Sequence record: OR413578.1
Strand: one strand, 5' to 3'
Length of the DNA stretch: 64,000 bases
The notes beneath the pieces are model-generated. The model made no database searches. It saw nothing but the letters and a program-made list of their open reading frames with translations, and had not been told where the DNA came from. A program made the translations under genes and the position numbers. Shown piece by piece: positions 46,974 through 57,943 of the stretch. Numbering within the stretch: position 1 is the first letter of the stretch; each line of letters opens with the position of its first letter.

Positions 46974-47002
46974 AATGTTTCTTCCAATTCAGGAGCTTAA
47001 AA

Positions 47003-48616
47003 GTGAGAAAGCTAAACTGGGTTGACTTTTACTTGTTAAACGTCAACAAGTCCCTGGTGTCGCATTTAAAACCAGTTACAACAACAGACACCTTTCAGGG
47101 ACTGACGAAAAACTTTCACCCTGAAGGACTGTATTCAACCGAAATTTTTGGCCTCACAGGGAGCGAAGCACGAGACTCAACGTTCTCGTACATTGATATC
47201 AAACTGGATATCATTTCGCCGACCGTTTGTTTGGCATTGTTCCAGCTGAAACAGCTGTACGAAGAAATCTGTTCCGGGAAGCGATTCGCTATCTGGAATG
47301 AGAAAGAAAAAGATTTCGAGCCGGCTCTGCCCAGTGATAAAGGTGCAGACACCGGCTTCAACTTCTTCCTACGCTACTACGAACAACTGACACCGGGACG
47401 CAACGAATCGATGCGTCGCGACGAGACAGTCGATTTCTTCAATAAGTTCCGTCCGGTCAGTCTCAGCCGCTATGTGCTGGTTCTGCCTGCGGGATTACGT
47501 GATTTGGTCATTCGTCAGGATGGCCGCGACCAAGAAGAAGAGATTGGCGGACTCTACCGCCGTCTGATTTCTCTGGCACGTGCAATCCCCGACCGCAGTA
47601 CGCGAACGGAACTGACTGACCCGGTTCGCTGGAAGCTCCAACAAACCTTTAATGATATCTGGATGTACTTCTTCAACATCCAAGATGGTAAAGGTGGTTT
47701 TGCACGTCGTAAAGTGACGTCACGTAAGTTAATGAACGGTACGCGTAACGTACTGTCGTCGTTCTCTACCGGTTCCAAGGTCATGGGTCGCGAAGATGCG
47801 ATTCGTCCAACGGATACCCGTATCGGTTTGTACCAAACCCTGAAGGCATTACTGCCTGTGGCTCAATACCACATCCGTGAACGTTACCTCAGTAACATCC
47901 GGGCAGGGGACGGCAACTTATACGGCGTTAACACCAAAACACTCAAGCGTGAGTTCCTGGAAGTCTCCGGGCGGGTGTATGACCTTTTCACTACTGACGA
48001 TGGCATCGAAACACTCATCAACAGAATGGAAGCGCGCGAGCTTCGACATAAACCGCTGATGATTGATCCGGACCATTACGTGGCATTAATCTACCAGGAC
48101 AAACGCAGCTTCAAAATCTTTTACGATATTGAAGACCTGCCGGAAGGACGTGACCGTAAGCTTGTCCGCGGACTGAGCTTAGCGGAACTCCTCTATTTGT
48201 CAGGTTACGATATTTGGAATGACTACTTCTCGTTCATCACGCGTTATCCGGTTACGGGACGCGGTTCGACTTACTCCTCGACCATAAGATTGGAGACCAC
48301 CACATCTTCCCTCTATTTGCATGAACTGGAAGACGATTGGGTCACGTTAAAAGAGAAGGGAGCAATTAGCTTCCCTGACCGTACCGTGAAAACCTTTGTG
48401 GAATCCATGGCACCACATCCATCCCGATTAGGGGGCTTGGGTGGTGACTACGATGGTGACACCGGCTCAGCAAACAGCCCGATGTCAACCGAAGCGCTCG
48501 AGGAAAATCGGAAGTGGGTCAGTTCGAAAAACTACTGGTTTGCAACAGACGGCAGTTTCAAAATCAATCCGGTTAACAACGTGATTAAAAGAACGACTGC
48601 TGCGCTGTTGAAATGA
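47003..48616 (+). CDS. rpoC: Virion RNA polymerase beta-prime N-terminal subunit (phiKZ gp180-like)
   Basis: EGLYSTEIFG, VLVLPAGLRD, catalytic GGDYDGD; GTG start after AGGAG. Confidence 0.92.
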   Translation: MRKLNWVDFYLLNVNKSLVSHLKPVTTTDTFQGLTKNFHPEGLYSTEIFGLTGSEARDSTFSYIDIKLDIISPTVCLALFQLKQLYEEICSGKRFAIWNEKEKDFEPALPSDKGADTGFNFFLRYYEQLTPGRNESMRRDETVDFFNKFRPVSLSRYVLVLPAGLRDLVIRQDGRDQEEEIGGLYRRLISLARAIPDRSTRTELTDPVRWKLQQTFNDIWMYFFNIQDGKGGFARRKVTSRKLMNGTRNVLSSFSTGSKVMGREDAIRPTDTRIGLYQTLKALLPVAQYHIRERYLSNIRAGDGNLYGVNTKTLKREFLEVSGRVYDLFTTDDGIETLINRMEARELRHKPLMIDPDHYVALIYQDKRSFKIFYDIEDLPEGRDRKLVRGLSLAELLYLSGYDIWNDYFSFITRYPVTGRGSTYSSTIRLETTTSSLYLHELEDDWVTLKEKGAISFPDRTVKTFVESMAPHPSRLGGLGGDYDGDTGSANSPMSTEALEENRKWVSSKNYWFATDGSFKINPVNNVIKRTTAALLK

Positions 48617-48634
48617 TACCCATAAGGCACATGT

Positions 48635-51600
48635 ATGATTTTTCTGAAACAGTTTAACCAGCGCTTTACCGTGCGCAAGACCGATGAGTTCGGTCGTCCG
48701 CGTATTATCCCGCTGGAGAAGCTCCAGCTCCCACGTGGTTCTATCTACCACACCATCGATTTAGACCAGGTGGTTTTAGCGCCACCGTTAACTACACCAT
48801 GTTTTGGCCAGCTGGAAAAACCGGCGATGATTCGCCACCACTTCCAGCTGCCTGAAGACGGCATTATTGGCCATCCGCGTAAGAAACCGGTTGTTGGCCA
48901 AGAACGTCAAATCTTCCAGTACCATCGTAACAATCGTCGTATTCGTCGCATGATTGAAGACGGCGTGGTACGTTCCGATCCGAAAGTGCTGCTCATCGAA
49001 AACTACACCCCGATGCTGCCGCATTATTTCTACCCTGATACTCTGATGTCCTGGTACGAACGTCTGCACAACATTCAGCTGCTGATAACTAACCAGATGA
49101 AAACTGACTCGCGTGAGTACATGCGTCAGAACTACTACATCATCGAACTGGGTAACGTACTGCCTTCTTTCGATCGTTTTAAAATGACGTATAACGATCG
49201 TGTTAAAACCAAACTGGAGCGCTTTAAAGACTTTAACCTGCTGTGGTTACTGGAGTTGTTCGGTTGGGTGTACGGCGATCAGCAAGCAACACTGTTTGAC
49301 GGTATGGACATGAACCAGCTGTCACGTGTGAACTTTATCTTCACACACAACGGTGGTTTTACATCCATGAACATGGGTGTAATTGAAAGAATGCGTAAGT
49401 CTGCCGGTGGTCGTTTGACTGACGTGCAGATGGGCAGAATGTTCTACCGTACACTGACTACGGTGATGACCACACCGCCGTCTACCGACTACGAAGATGA
49501 CGAGTTCGTTACACCGGAAGGGGATGAACGCGTACATCTGGGAGAGGACGACGATGCTGTTGAAAGCGTTGCCAGTAAACCGGAAGAAAGCCTCGATATC
49601 GTCGACGATGAAGCAACACAAAGCGACAACGTTGACGATACATTGAACGATCATGAGTTCGATGAGAAAGAAGATCTGGTCATCGAAGCGCCGAAAGAAG
49701 ATGTCAAACCAACCACCATCGTCGTAGAACGCACCATCCCACACGATGCTGTGATTAAACAGGAAGTTGAGCGCCTGGCAGAAGCGGGCCGCGTCACCGC
49801 CAAAGCGTATCAGTTCCTGAACGAATCTTCTAAACGTTTCGTAAACTTACCCAACCCGTACAATCCTAAAGAGACGTACGGCGAAGGTCTGACCATCGAT
49901 CCGAAGAAACTCGAAGTTAAAGCCGAGCCTAAGAAGATTGAACGCTTAGTTACGGATGAAGCCTGGGCGGAAAATACCACCGACCAAATCATTCGTCAGT
50001 ACAACCAGGAAATCTTCCCGAAAGATGTTCTGGGCGCAGTGGCGTCATCCCAACGTCTCGGTTTGGCGATTCACAATCACACTGTTGAGAAAGAGATTTC
50101 CGTTACCGGGAATATCGAACACCACACGTTGCGTATTCAGCCGATTGGCGGAGAACCAACCACGGTACGTTTCTCAATTCCTGCATTAACCGAAGACGGT
50201 ACTTGGGTTGCAAATGGTGTGGAATATACAATGCGTCGTCAGCGTGTTGATCTTCCTATCCGTAAAGTGTCCCACGATACTGTAGCGTTAACCACTGCCT
50301 ACGGGAAGAACTTTGTCCGTCGCAGTGATAAAGTCGTCAATGATTACGGACGTTGGCTCACTAACGCGATTATTACTCGCGCGGTCGATCCAAAGAACAC
50401 CGAAATCACTGATGCAAAACTGGCGAATGTGTTCGATCCGCTGTCTAAACTGCCGCGTCAATATACCGAAGTGGCGCGTCGTGTAGCAGCGTTCAACGCA
50501 ATTGGGTACCAATGGAGCTTTGACATTAAACAGAAAGCGGCATTCTTTAACGAAGGGCAACTGGCAGACGCGGACCGTGTCGAGCTGGTACCTGTGGCGA
50601 AGAAACCGCGGAGTCATGTCATCGTCGGTATGGATAAAAACTCCCAGCTTTATCGAGTGGATAAGGATAAGACCGAACCACTGGGTACACTCGCCGAGGT
50701 CTTTGGCGTGGACACCTCTAAGGCTCCACGAGAAATGACCGAACTGTCACTGATGGGCAAATCAATCTCGCTGGGCTTTGTGTTTGCGTACTATCTCGGA
50801 TTAACCGGGATGTTGAAACACTTTGGTATCAGTTACGAGGTTCTCTCTGTCGGACAACGTATCGATAAAGGTCAGTTCGACTCCATTATTCGTCTCCAGG
50901 ATGCGAAAATTGCAATTGTCTGCGAGAACGATCAACAGAGGATGATTGTCAACGGCTTAGACCGTTACATTAAACATTTTACCACGTATACCGAGTCGGA
51001 AGTTGACCGGGAAGACATTTATCTGAACCTGTTACGCGATGCAGATGGGCTAACACCACGCTACATCAAAGAGCTGAAACTGATGCGGACCGCATTTGTT
51101 GACGACATGCACGCGCGTATACTCAGGAAAATGGGCGAGCCGGAAACCTTTATCGGCTTACTGGAGCGTTCTAATGAACTGCTGCAGACGGACCACACGT
51201 TACCGGAAATTAACGGTGACGAAATGATGTTCATCGGGAACCAACGTATTTCGTATCACATCTACACCGCGATGGTGCGGGCGATGCGTAACTACAACAA
51301 CGCGCCTAACTCGAATCGTAAGTTTGAGTTGACGCAGGACATGGTGTGGGGTGCAATTAACTCCGACCCGTCTGTTCTGCTGGCACCTGGCGCAAACCCG
51401 GTACAGAACATCAAAGAAAAAGATGTTGTTACCATGGGCGGTACAGGTGGTCGTAACCGCAAGACCATGGTCTACAGTACCCGTGAATTCCAACCGAGCG
51501 ACCTGGGGATTGTCTCCGGTAACACGGTCGATAACGGCGATGTAGGTATCACCGCCTTTGCAACAAACAACCCACGCTACGATACCGTGGACGGCACGAC

Positions 51601-52840
51601 CTTTAAAAAGGACCTCGATAAACTGAAGCCAGGTGAGGCACTGTCATTTATTGATGGCTTGGTGCCGGATACCCTGATGGACGATGCTAAGCGTCAGAAC
51701 TTCGTTGGGATTCAATTCGGTTCTGCGACCAGTTGTGTTGGCGCAACCACCACACCGTATCGTACCGAGCAAGAAAAGTTCGTGGCACACCGTACTTCTG
51801 TGAAGCACGCACGCGTAATCGATAAACCTGGCAAGATTGTGGAGGTTCTTAACGACCACGTTAAAATCAAATACGACGACGGAGAGGAAGAAGCTTTCCC
51901 ACTGGGCCGTTGGTTCGGTCCGCACGAAGGGACTTACTACCCACACACCCTGGTAACGAAATGGAAGCGCGGAGATAAACTCCCTGCCGGTGCCGTTATC
52001 ACGTACAACGAACAACACTTTGAACCAGACATCTACGATCCAACGCAGGTCAGTTTTAAAAACGGGATACTGGCAACTGTCGCTTTGATTGAAGGGGAAG
52101 AAGTAATTGAGGACTCCAACGCCATTAGTGAGCGGTTCGCTGCTAAGGCTGAAGCCGATGTTACCAAACTCAAAGAAGTCACAATGACGTTTACCCAGAA
52201 CCTGTTGGAGATGGTAAAAGAAGGGGACCACGTAGACGTGGATTCAATTCTATGCACCTTCACCGACAACCTGACCGGCGATATGAGCGGGTTCAGTAAA
52301 GAAGCAGCGGAAACGCTGCGTGAGTTAAGCTCCTTTGCACCACGCTCTGGTGTTCGTGGGTTTATCGACAAAATCGAAGTGGTTTACCACGGCGAGGTGG
52401 AAGATATGACCCCGTCTTTGGCGGAGATGGTTCGTAAATACGACCGTATACGTCGGAAGACTGCGCTGGCTCTCAAACGTGACGAGCCGAAGGACGGTCG
52501 AGTCAACGGTGATTTTCGTGTTGAGGGGGTGCCGTTAGCGTACAATAGCCTGTGTGTCCGATTCTACATCACACACCGGGTAGAGATGGCAGCAGCGGAT
52601 AAGATGGTTATTGCTAACCAGCTGAAAACGACGGTTCAGGAAGTGATGTATGGAACCAACAAAACGGAAGACGGGCAGGAACTCGACATTATCTTTGGTC
52701 GTGATTCCGTCGACGCACGTATCGTGGGTTCTATCATGCGCATCGGAACCACCAACGCTGTCGGGTATCGTGGTGGGGAGAATATCGGACGCATCTTAGA
52801 TGGTGAAGACGTCCCAGCCTTGCCGGCTAAAATCAACTAA
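48635..52840 (+). CDS. rpoB: Virion RNA polymerase beta N-terminal subunit (phiKZ gp178-like)
   Basis: WVANGVEY..RRQ, MGGTGG, TVDNGDVGI, DDAKRQNF..IQ, EDSNAIS, DKM..NQLK. Confidence 0.9.
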   Translation: MIFLKQFNQRFTVRKTDEFGRPRIIPLEKLQLPRGSIYHTIDLDQVVLAPPLTTPCFGQLEKPAMIRHHFQLPEDGIIGHPRKKPVVGQERQIFQYHRNNRRIRRMIEDGVVRSDPKVLLIENYTPMLPHYFYPDTLMSWYERLHNIQLLITNQMKTDSREYMRQNYYIIELGNVLPSFDRFKMTYNDRVKTKLERFKDFNLLWLLELFGWVYGDQQATLFDGMDMNQLSRVNFIFTHNGGFTSMNMGVIERMRKSAGGRLTDVQMGRMFYRTLTTVMTTPPSTDYEDDEFVTPEGDERVHLGEDDDAVESVASKPEESLDIVDDEATQSDNVDDTLNDHEFDEKEDLVIEAPKEDVKPTTIVVERTIPHDAVIKQEVERLAEAGRVTAKAYQFLNESSKRFVNLPNPYNPKETYGEGLTIDPKKLEVKAEPKKIERLVTDEAWAENTTDQIIRQYNQEIFPKDVLGAVASSQRLGLAIHNHTVEKEISVTGNIEHHTLRIQPIGGEPTTVRFSIPALTEDGTWVANGVEYTMRRQRVDLPIRKVSHDTVALTTAYGKNFVRRSDKVVNDYGRWLTNAIITRAVDPKNTEITDAKLANVFDPLSKLPRQYTEVARRVAAFNAIGYQWSFDIKQKAAFFNEGQLADADRVELVPVAKKPRSHVIVGMDKNSQLYRVDKDKTEPLGTLAEVFGVDTSKAPREMTELSLMGKSISLGFVFAYYLGLTGMLKHFGISYEVLSVGQRIDKGQFDSIIRLQDAKIAIVCENDQQRMIVNGLDRYIKHFTTYTESEVDREDIYLNLLRDADGLTPRYIKELKLMRTAFVDDMHARILRKMGEPETFIGLLERSNELLQTDHTLPEINGDEMMFIGNQRISYHIYTAMVRAMRNYNNAPNSNRKFELTQDMVWGAINSDPSVLLAPGANPVQNIKEKDVVTMGGTGGRNRKTMVYSTREFQPSDLGIVSGNTVDNGDVGITAFATNNPRYDTVDGTTFKKDLDKLKPGEALSFIDGLVPDTLMDDAKRQNFVGIQFGSATSCVGATTTPYRTEQEKFVAHRTSVKHARVIDKPGKIVEVLNDHVKIKYDDGEEEAFPLGRWFGPHEGTYYPHTLVTKWKRGDKLPAGAVITYNEQHFEPDIYDPTQVSFKNGILATVALIEGEEVIEDSNAISERFAAKAEADVTKLKEVTMTFTQNLLEMVKEGDHVDVDSILCTFTDNLTGDMSGFSKEAAETLRELSSFAPRSGVRGFIDKIEVVYHGEVEDMTPSLAEMVRKYDRIRRKTALALKRDEPKDGRVNGDFRVEGVPLAYNSLCVRFYITHRVEMAAADKMVIANQLKTTVQEVMYGTNKTEDGQELDIIFGRDSVDARIVGSIMRIGTTNAVGYRGGENIGRILDGEDVPALPAKIN

Positions 52841-52887
52841 TGTAGGGCGGGTCGCTCCCGCCCGGTAAATAAACTCCGGAGTTAATA

Positions 52888-53181
52888 ATGGGAATTTTAG
52901 ATACGCTCAAGCAGCAGCATGGGATTCCGGTGGGCCGTAATAGCACGAATCCGGAAACGGAAGGTTATTCCCCACAGCAACGCATGAACTTTGTTGTTCT
53001 GGGCAATGCGGTTGAATTGGCCACCGAAATTATTCACGGACTGCTGAAGGGCAGCAATGGCCTGTCTGACCGCATGGGCGATCAGCGTTTGCTGAAACGA
53101 GACATCGCTGATATGGTGGGTGCGCGTATTACTGGTCGCATCCAGGATTCCATCAGCACCAAAAACGGGGGTCAGGCATGA
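52888..53181 (+). CDS. Small virion protein (SPN3US gp242-like)
   Basis: 97 aa, GGAG RBS; synteny. Confidence 0.7.
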   Translation: MGILDTLKQQHGIPVGRNSTNPETEGYSPQQRMNFVVLGNAVELATEIIHGLLKGSNGLSDRMGDQRLLKRDIADMVGARITGRIQDSISTKNGGQA

Positions 53182-54653
53182 TCAACTTATATTCACTTAA
53201 TGCTGTCACCAACGCAATGAAACTGGCGAAACAACACCAGATTCGTTTGGAAGCTGACGTTGACAGTCCTGTTGGTCTACTGACAAAAGCGACTACGCAG
53301 CAGAGCGTTTTCGATACGCAGATAACTGACGAAGAGTTCTTCCAGTCTCTGCCGGATATCACTGCACTGAAAACGCCGCAGGCCGGTACAGGCGAAGCGT
53401 CTGTAATCGCAGATACTGCAGCGGGTCCAGAAACGCTGAACGTCGAAGACCACGAACCGACACTGTTCGAACTGAAACGTATGGCTATCCAACGTTGTCA
53501 GGGTATGCTTGACTTTGCCCGTAACGTTATTCAGCCGTTTGTTCAACTGGTTATCCAAAACAACCAGGGTATTGAAAACCAGGCAGTTAGCGAAGAATGG
53601 GCACTTGTGCCTGCAGGTATGGACCCGGCGTTGAACTCCCCGGTGGTACAGGCATTAATTGATTCGGTAGAAAACCCGCTGGGCAATGGTACTACACACC
53701 CTGCAGTTAAAGCCAACGTCCCTGCCAATATCGAACTGCCAGAAACCGGCAGCAAAGCATACGACGATCTGGTTAAAGAACTGTTGAATGCGCTGGGTTG
53801 GAACATCAACGAAGCCGTTCGCAACATGCTCGAAGGGAACATGCTCTCTCCGGTAAGCGACCAGGCACCGCACAACCTGAAACGCAACATTCTGTTTATG
53901 CTGCTTTCTGGCTACTACCTGGAAATGCCGTGGAAAGACTCTGGTCTGAATAGCGGGCAGTGGAAAGCACAGATGCTGCCATTGCATTACAGCTATATCG
54001 GTTGGGTTTACGCCTACACCCAGAACATCGTTACCCGCATCAAGACCGGTAACATTGTCTTCGGATACGACAACGTTGAGAAGAAAGTGTATATCTGTCA
54101 GGAAGTGATGGACGACTATCTGGAAAAAGGTGGTAGCGTTGAAGCGTTACTGGGCGCTATCTACCAGCTGGACGAAGGTGACACCAATGTCTCCACGCGT
54201 GTAGCTTCACTGTTGGAAAAACAGAAAGACTACATCGCTGCCTGGGGACACCGTTCTGCGATTCAGCGTGCTAAGCTCGACAGCAGTTGGGTAACACGCA
54301 ATCGCCAGTCACTGAAACAAGCGTTTAACGTGGCCATCGATGCAACCGATCCTGAACTGTTCTGGCGTGGACAGGACGGTCAGGTAGCAACGCCGGAGTT
54401 CGTTAAGAAATCAACGGCAAGCTTCATCGATTCGTTCTTCACAACCGACACCACAGACATCACTGAGTTCGTTATCAAAGTCTCCGCGACTGAGGTCTTC
54501 GGCGAATACGAACTGTCCAAGCTGATGCTGGATATTCATCGTGGTATGATTGCTAACCGTCAACCTGACGAGGTGGCAACCGACTGGATGATTAACTACG
54601 TCCTGGATTGGATTTGTGGCGGTGTGGTTATTTCTGTACCGAGCAAAGTTTAA
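53178..54653 (+). CDS. Virion head protein (SPN3US gp243-like)
   Basis: 491 aa, ATGA coupling; synteny between the RNAP and protease genes. Confidence 0.7.
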   Translation: MINLYSLNAVTNAMKLAKQHQIRLEADVDSPVGLLTKATTQQSVFDTQITDEEFFQSLPDITALKTPQAGTGEASVIADTAAGPETLNVEDHEPTLFELKRMAIQRCQGMLDFARNVIQPFVQLVIQNNQGIENQAVSEEWALVPAGMDPALNSPVVQALIDSVENPLGNGTTHPAVKANVPANIELPETGSKAYDDLVKELLNALGWNINEAVRNMLEGNMLSPVSDQAPHNLKRNILFMLLSGYYLEMPWKDSGLNSGQWKAQMLPLHYSYIGWVYAYTQNIVTRIKTGNIVFGYDNVEKKVYICQEVMDDYLEKGGSVEALLGAIYQLDEGDTNVSTRVASLLEKQKDYIAAWGHRSAIQRAKLDSSWVTRNRQSLKQAFNVAIDATDPELFWRGQDGQVATPEFVKKSTASFIDSFFTTDTTDITEFVIKVSATEVFGEYELSKLMLDIHRGMIANRQPDEVATDWMINYVLDWICGGVVISVPSKV

Positions 54654-54668
54654 TAAAGAGAGGTGGTC

Positions 54669-55391
54669 GTGAGCGCCATTGAAACAGCACGTCGTGACGC
54701 GACGAAAATTCATGCAGATTTAGTGGACCAAGGCACGGCCACCATCACCAAAGGGGGATGTTACATTTACATCCCTGTTGGCTTCGTGGCTAAAGAGCTG
54801 GCGGTAATTTCTTCGCAAGTAGAAATCGTCGGTATTTTCGCTATCTCCACTGACCGCAAAACCTACGGGGTATCGAACGTCACGACGTTCATTGAAATTA
54901 CCCCGTCGGCGTTTGAGGAAATTGACGTTCAGGGTGTGCCGTATTACGAGTTCCGTTTTGACCCCGGCACGGTGGTGTTCCCCAACCGAATGCTGCAAGT
55001 GCTATCCTCGCCAGTCTACAACATCGCTTCGTACATCTACGACTTCGGAAACCGGCCTTTCTGGTACACCGCAGTAGATGACGCTGAGCTATTGTCTGAC
55101 ACTAAGACGTGGAACGGCTTTACGGTCTTTAACGACCAGATCACCGCTGACTGTTATGCTGCCCACACACAGCGTAAGGTTGGCGACCCGCGGACGTATT
55201 TCCGCTACACCCTGAAAAAAGACAGCGATTTGATGAATCGGGTGCAGTTTATTCCGCTGCGTTCAGGTTCATTGAACAAAACTTCCCGGTTGGCCAAGAT
55301 TGCAGATGTGGAACTGAAACAGGGTATCCGTTCTGCACTCCAGGTCGATCCGGTACGTGCAGAGCCACTCGAGGATTTGTATATGAGGTAA
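54669..55391 (+). CDS. Probable small virion RNAP subunit (SPN3US gp244 / phiKZ gp176-like)
   Basis: About 240 aa directly upstream of the protease; assignment by synteny only. Confidence 0.6.
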   Translation: MSAIETARRDATKIHADLVDQGTATITKGGCYIYIPVGFVAKELAVISSQVEIVGIFAISTDRKTYGVSNVTTFIEITPSAFEEIDVQGVPYYEFRFDPGTVVFPNRMLQVLSSPVYNIASYIYDFGNRPFWYTAVDDAELLSDTKTWNGFTVFNDQITADCYAAHTQRKVGDPRTYFRYTLKKDSDLMNRVQFIPLRSGSLNKTSRLAKIADVELKQGIRSALQVDPVRAEPLEDLYMR

Positions 55392-55453
55392 CTGAGGTAG
55401 GGTTATTGTACGTCCCCAATAACCCGCTTCGGTAATAACAACTGGGGAAACCA

Positions 55454-56257
55454 ATGGAAAACTTGTCACTACGTTATAACTGCGTGGCACTCGCTGGGGT
55501 CAATAAAGGGGCAACGCTAAAGAAAGATGCGGACGGATATTACTACGTCCTGTTAGGTGCACTGAATATTTTCAACTCTGAGAATATTTACTACGCCTAT
55601 AACGAGTCAAAACATGTCTTCGAGCGCTCTAACGTTTTCATGCGTAAAGTTTTGGCGGGGAATCTCTTCGGTGAAGAAGACCATCCGCAATACGAACAAG
55701 GCATGAGCGAAGCCCAGTGGATCGAACGTAACGAATGGATCGAAACGCGTAACGTGTGTATGCACATTCGCGAAGTAGAAGTGAAGCCGACCGACCAGAT
55801 GTGTAACGGTCTGCCGGTGATGGAAATTTGGGGTTGGATTAAACCTAACCGTGAACGTGGTCCGCTTCTGGCGGAAGCACTAGAGAACCCACATCAGAAC
55901 GTGTGTTTCTCGCTGCGTGCTATCGTTCGTGAAGGTCGTCTGGGTACGACTATCGTACGCCGCATCGATAAACTGGTCACCTTTGACTGGGTTATTGAAG
56001 ATGGCCTGCAAATCTGTAACAAATACTCTGCGATTCAACGCGGTAGTAAAGTGGCACAGGAATCTACTCGCACTTACGTCGACCGCCCTATCAGTCGTCA
56101 AGTGTTGGAAGACATTCTGTACAATCCGACAACGACCAGCGCTGTTGCCACTGAGTCCCGTCGTGGTGCTCTCCAGCAACTCGCGCAGGAATACCTGCAG
56201 CTGGCTCCGAAAGTGTCCAATCTGCGGGTAATGGGCATGGGTGTAAGGAGCTGGTAA
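55454..56257 (+). CDS. Prohead serine protease (SPN3US gp245 / phiKZ gp175-like)
   Basis: GEEDHP with His77, CFSLR with Ser153, LVTFDWV; C-terminal AQE/ATE self-cleavage-type sites. Confidence 0.92.
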   Translation: MENLSLRYNCVALAGVNKGATLKKDADGYYYVLLGALNIFNSENIYYAYNESKHVFERSNVFMRKVLAGNLFGEEDHPQYEQGMSEAQWIERNEWIETRNVCMHIREVEVKPTDQMCNGLPVMEIWGWIKPNRERGPLLAEALENPHQNVCFSLRAIVREGRLGTTIVRRIDKLVTFDWVIEDGLQICNKYSAIQRGSKVAQESTRTYVDRPISRQVLEDILYNPTTTSAVATESRRGALQQLAQEYLQLAPKVSNLRVMGMGVRSW

Positions 56258-56260
56258 AAA

Positions 56261-56890
56261 ATGGCAGAACATATCGACCCGTCATTAGAGCGGTGGTGTG
56301 AACGCCAGATGCCGCACGTCGCCAAAAAGTTGACGTTGCGTAAACTGACTGAACAGCCGCTGCATTTAAGCAAGTGTAAGATACCGACGTTTTCGCCGCG
56401 TATCCCACTTTCGTGCGCGCCGGATGAAGACAAGACCGTACCCAGGATTTGCTGCTCGGTAGATTTAGAGCGAGCGATTAAGGGTGCACGTCACAACTTC
56501 TCTGCAATCGAAATACCCACACGATTGTATCTTTACGGTTTTGATGAACGTGATGTAGCGCAGCCTTCGGTCAACTTGACGCAGGAACCGAATCGGGCGG
56601 GTGAAGTATGGATTGTACCACACCGCATGTCGAACTGGGATATCAAACCGATTTACCTGGGCGAGATGCGGTTGTCAGAACTTCGCAACGGTGGCCATGT
56701 TTTTGTCTATCACTTAAGTTTCGGACAAGATGTGCGCCTGTCTACCAGTCAACTGCTGAAAGCCGGCGAATTTTATCGACTGATTATCAGCGTCAACTGG
56801 GAGCGCGGTGAAGTTAAGGTCTCGGAGGCGGTCGCCACTGCGCGTACTGCTTTTGATAACGCACTGAACGAATACGTCGTTTCACCGTAG
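56261..56890 (+). CDS. Probable virion protein (SPN3US gp246-like)
   Basis: 209 aa; synteny. Confidence 0.65.
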   Translation: MAEHIDPSLERWCERQMPHVAKKLTLRKLTEQPLHLSKCKIPTFSPRIPLSCAPDEDKTVPRICCSVDLERAIKGARHNFSAIEIPTRLYLYGFDERDVAQPSVNLTQEPNRAGEVWIVPHRMSNWDIKPIYLGEMRLSELRNGGHVFVYHLSFGQDVRLSTSQLLKAGEFYRLIISVNWERGEVKVSEAVATARTAFDNALNEYVVSP

Positions 56891-56945
56891 TGCCTAGTTC
56901 GTGGTCTGCAAATCACAACTAAAAACCACTACAGTAGGGGGACGC

Positions 56946-57245
56946 ATGAAGGTCGTTAACATCGCAATACCTCCGACCCTTCGTTGTTTGACGCCGGAAG
57001 AACTGAAAGCGTTAGCGATCTACGCCATCCAAGGAAAGGCTGGTAAGGAAGTGCTTGCCGAAATCTTATCGGAACGATTTGATACAAAACGCAAGGTTAA
57101 TAACATTATCTCCGGAATCGCGTCGCTAGATATCATGGCGCTCTATTGCGACATTAAAGAGGCTGGAGTGACAATCGACTATCGCCGTACTTACTTTCTA
57201 CTCACTGAGCCGTATCGTTCGAATATGGCAATAAAGCAGATGTAA
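56946..57245 (+). CDS. Hypothetical protein
   Basis: ATG 56946 after GGGGGA. Confidence 0.7.
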   Translation: MKVVNIAIPPTLRCLTPEELKALAIYAIQGKAGKEVLAEILSERFDTKRKVNNIISGIASLDIMALYCDIKEAGVTIDYRRTYFLLTEPYRSNMAIKQM

Positions 57246-57298
57246 TTTTTTACATGACGTTGGTTTCATGTGTTGGGGAACAAAATAAGGACAAGAAA

Positions 57299-57847
57299 AT
57301 GTTTTATCTGGATAGCGATGGCGTTTTTGCACGCTGGCGTAAATACGTTTTATCCACACATTTTCCCGGAATGACGATTAAAGAGTTTAACGCATTACCT
57401 GAACTCCGTCGTCGTAGTTTGGTTCGTTCGATGTATCAGGACGATCCTGACTTGTTTTACAAACTCGAACCAATTGAGGGTGTAGAGCGAATCCTGGAAA
57501 CGGTAGATAGACTTTGCGACAGTTGGGCAATACTCACCTCTGGGTCAGAAGATCACTACGACCACCAATTGGTTGTGGATTCAAAACAACGGTGGTTCAT
57601 GAAACACTTTGGGGTACCAGCTGACAAAGTCATCGTCACCGAAAGTTCAGGGCAGAAGAAAGCTTACGCCTCGCGAGGTAATTTGCTTGTCGACGATTAT
57701 GGTCGTAACTGTCGAGAATGGATTTTGCAAGGTGGCGCGGCAATATGGTCGCGAACTGAAGAACCGAACATTGACGGCATTTGCCTCCAGTGTGAAGCGT
57801 TCTACAATGACCCGATTAGTCACTCGGGGACACTACTGCAAGTCTAA
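57299..57847 (+). CDS. HAD-family 5'(3')-deoxyribonucleotidase-like protein
   Basis: FYLDSDGVF (DxD), AILTS, LLVDDYGRN; ATG 57299 after AAGGA. Confidence 0.85.
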   Translation: MFYLDSDGVFARWRKYVLSTHFPGMTIKEFNALPELRRRSLVRSMYQDDPDLFYKLEPIEGVERILETVDRLCDSWAILTSGSEDHYDHQLVVDSKQRWFMKHFGVPADKVIVTESSGQKKAYASRGNLLVDDYGRNCREWILQGGAAIWSRTEEPNIDGICLQCEAFYNDPISHSGTLLQV

Positions 57848-57855
57848 ACTCCACT

Positions 57856-57892
57856 AGGCTCATCCTATCTTCGGATACGGGTGAGCCTTTTT
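57856..57892 (+). terminator. Intrinsic terminator
   Basis: AGGCTCATCCTATC-TTCG-GATACGGGTGAGCCT followed by TTTT. Confidence 0.8.
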
Positions 57893-57910
57893 AATTTATT
57901 AATTGCATTC

Positions 57911-57943
57911 AAAAAGAACTGAGATATATATTACTTAGGTGAG
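57911..57943 (+). promoter_or_regulatory. Early promoter
   Basis: AAAAAGAACTGAGATATATATTACTTAGGTGAG; TATATTAC core. Confidence 0.75.

Noticed and set aside
48788-52836. Minus-strand ORFs within the RNAP beta gene
   Set aside because: Shadow ORFs with no supporting signals
47003-52840. Introns, inteins or homing endonucleases in the RNAP genes, as in some phiKZ relatives
   Set aside because: Both frames are continuous and I saw no LAGLIDADG, HNH or intein motifs
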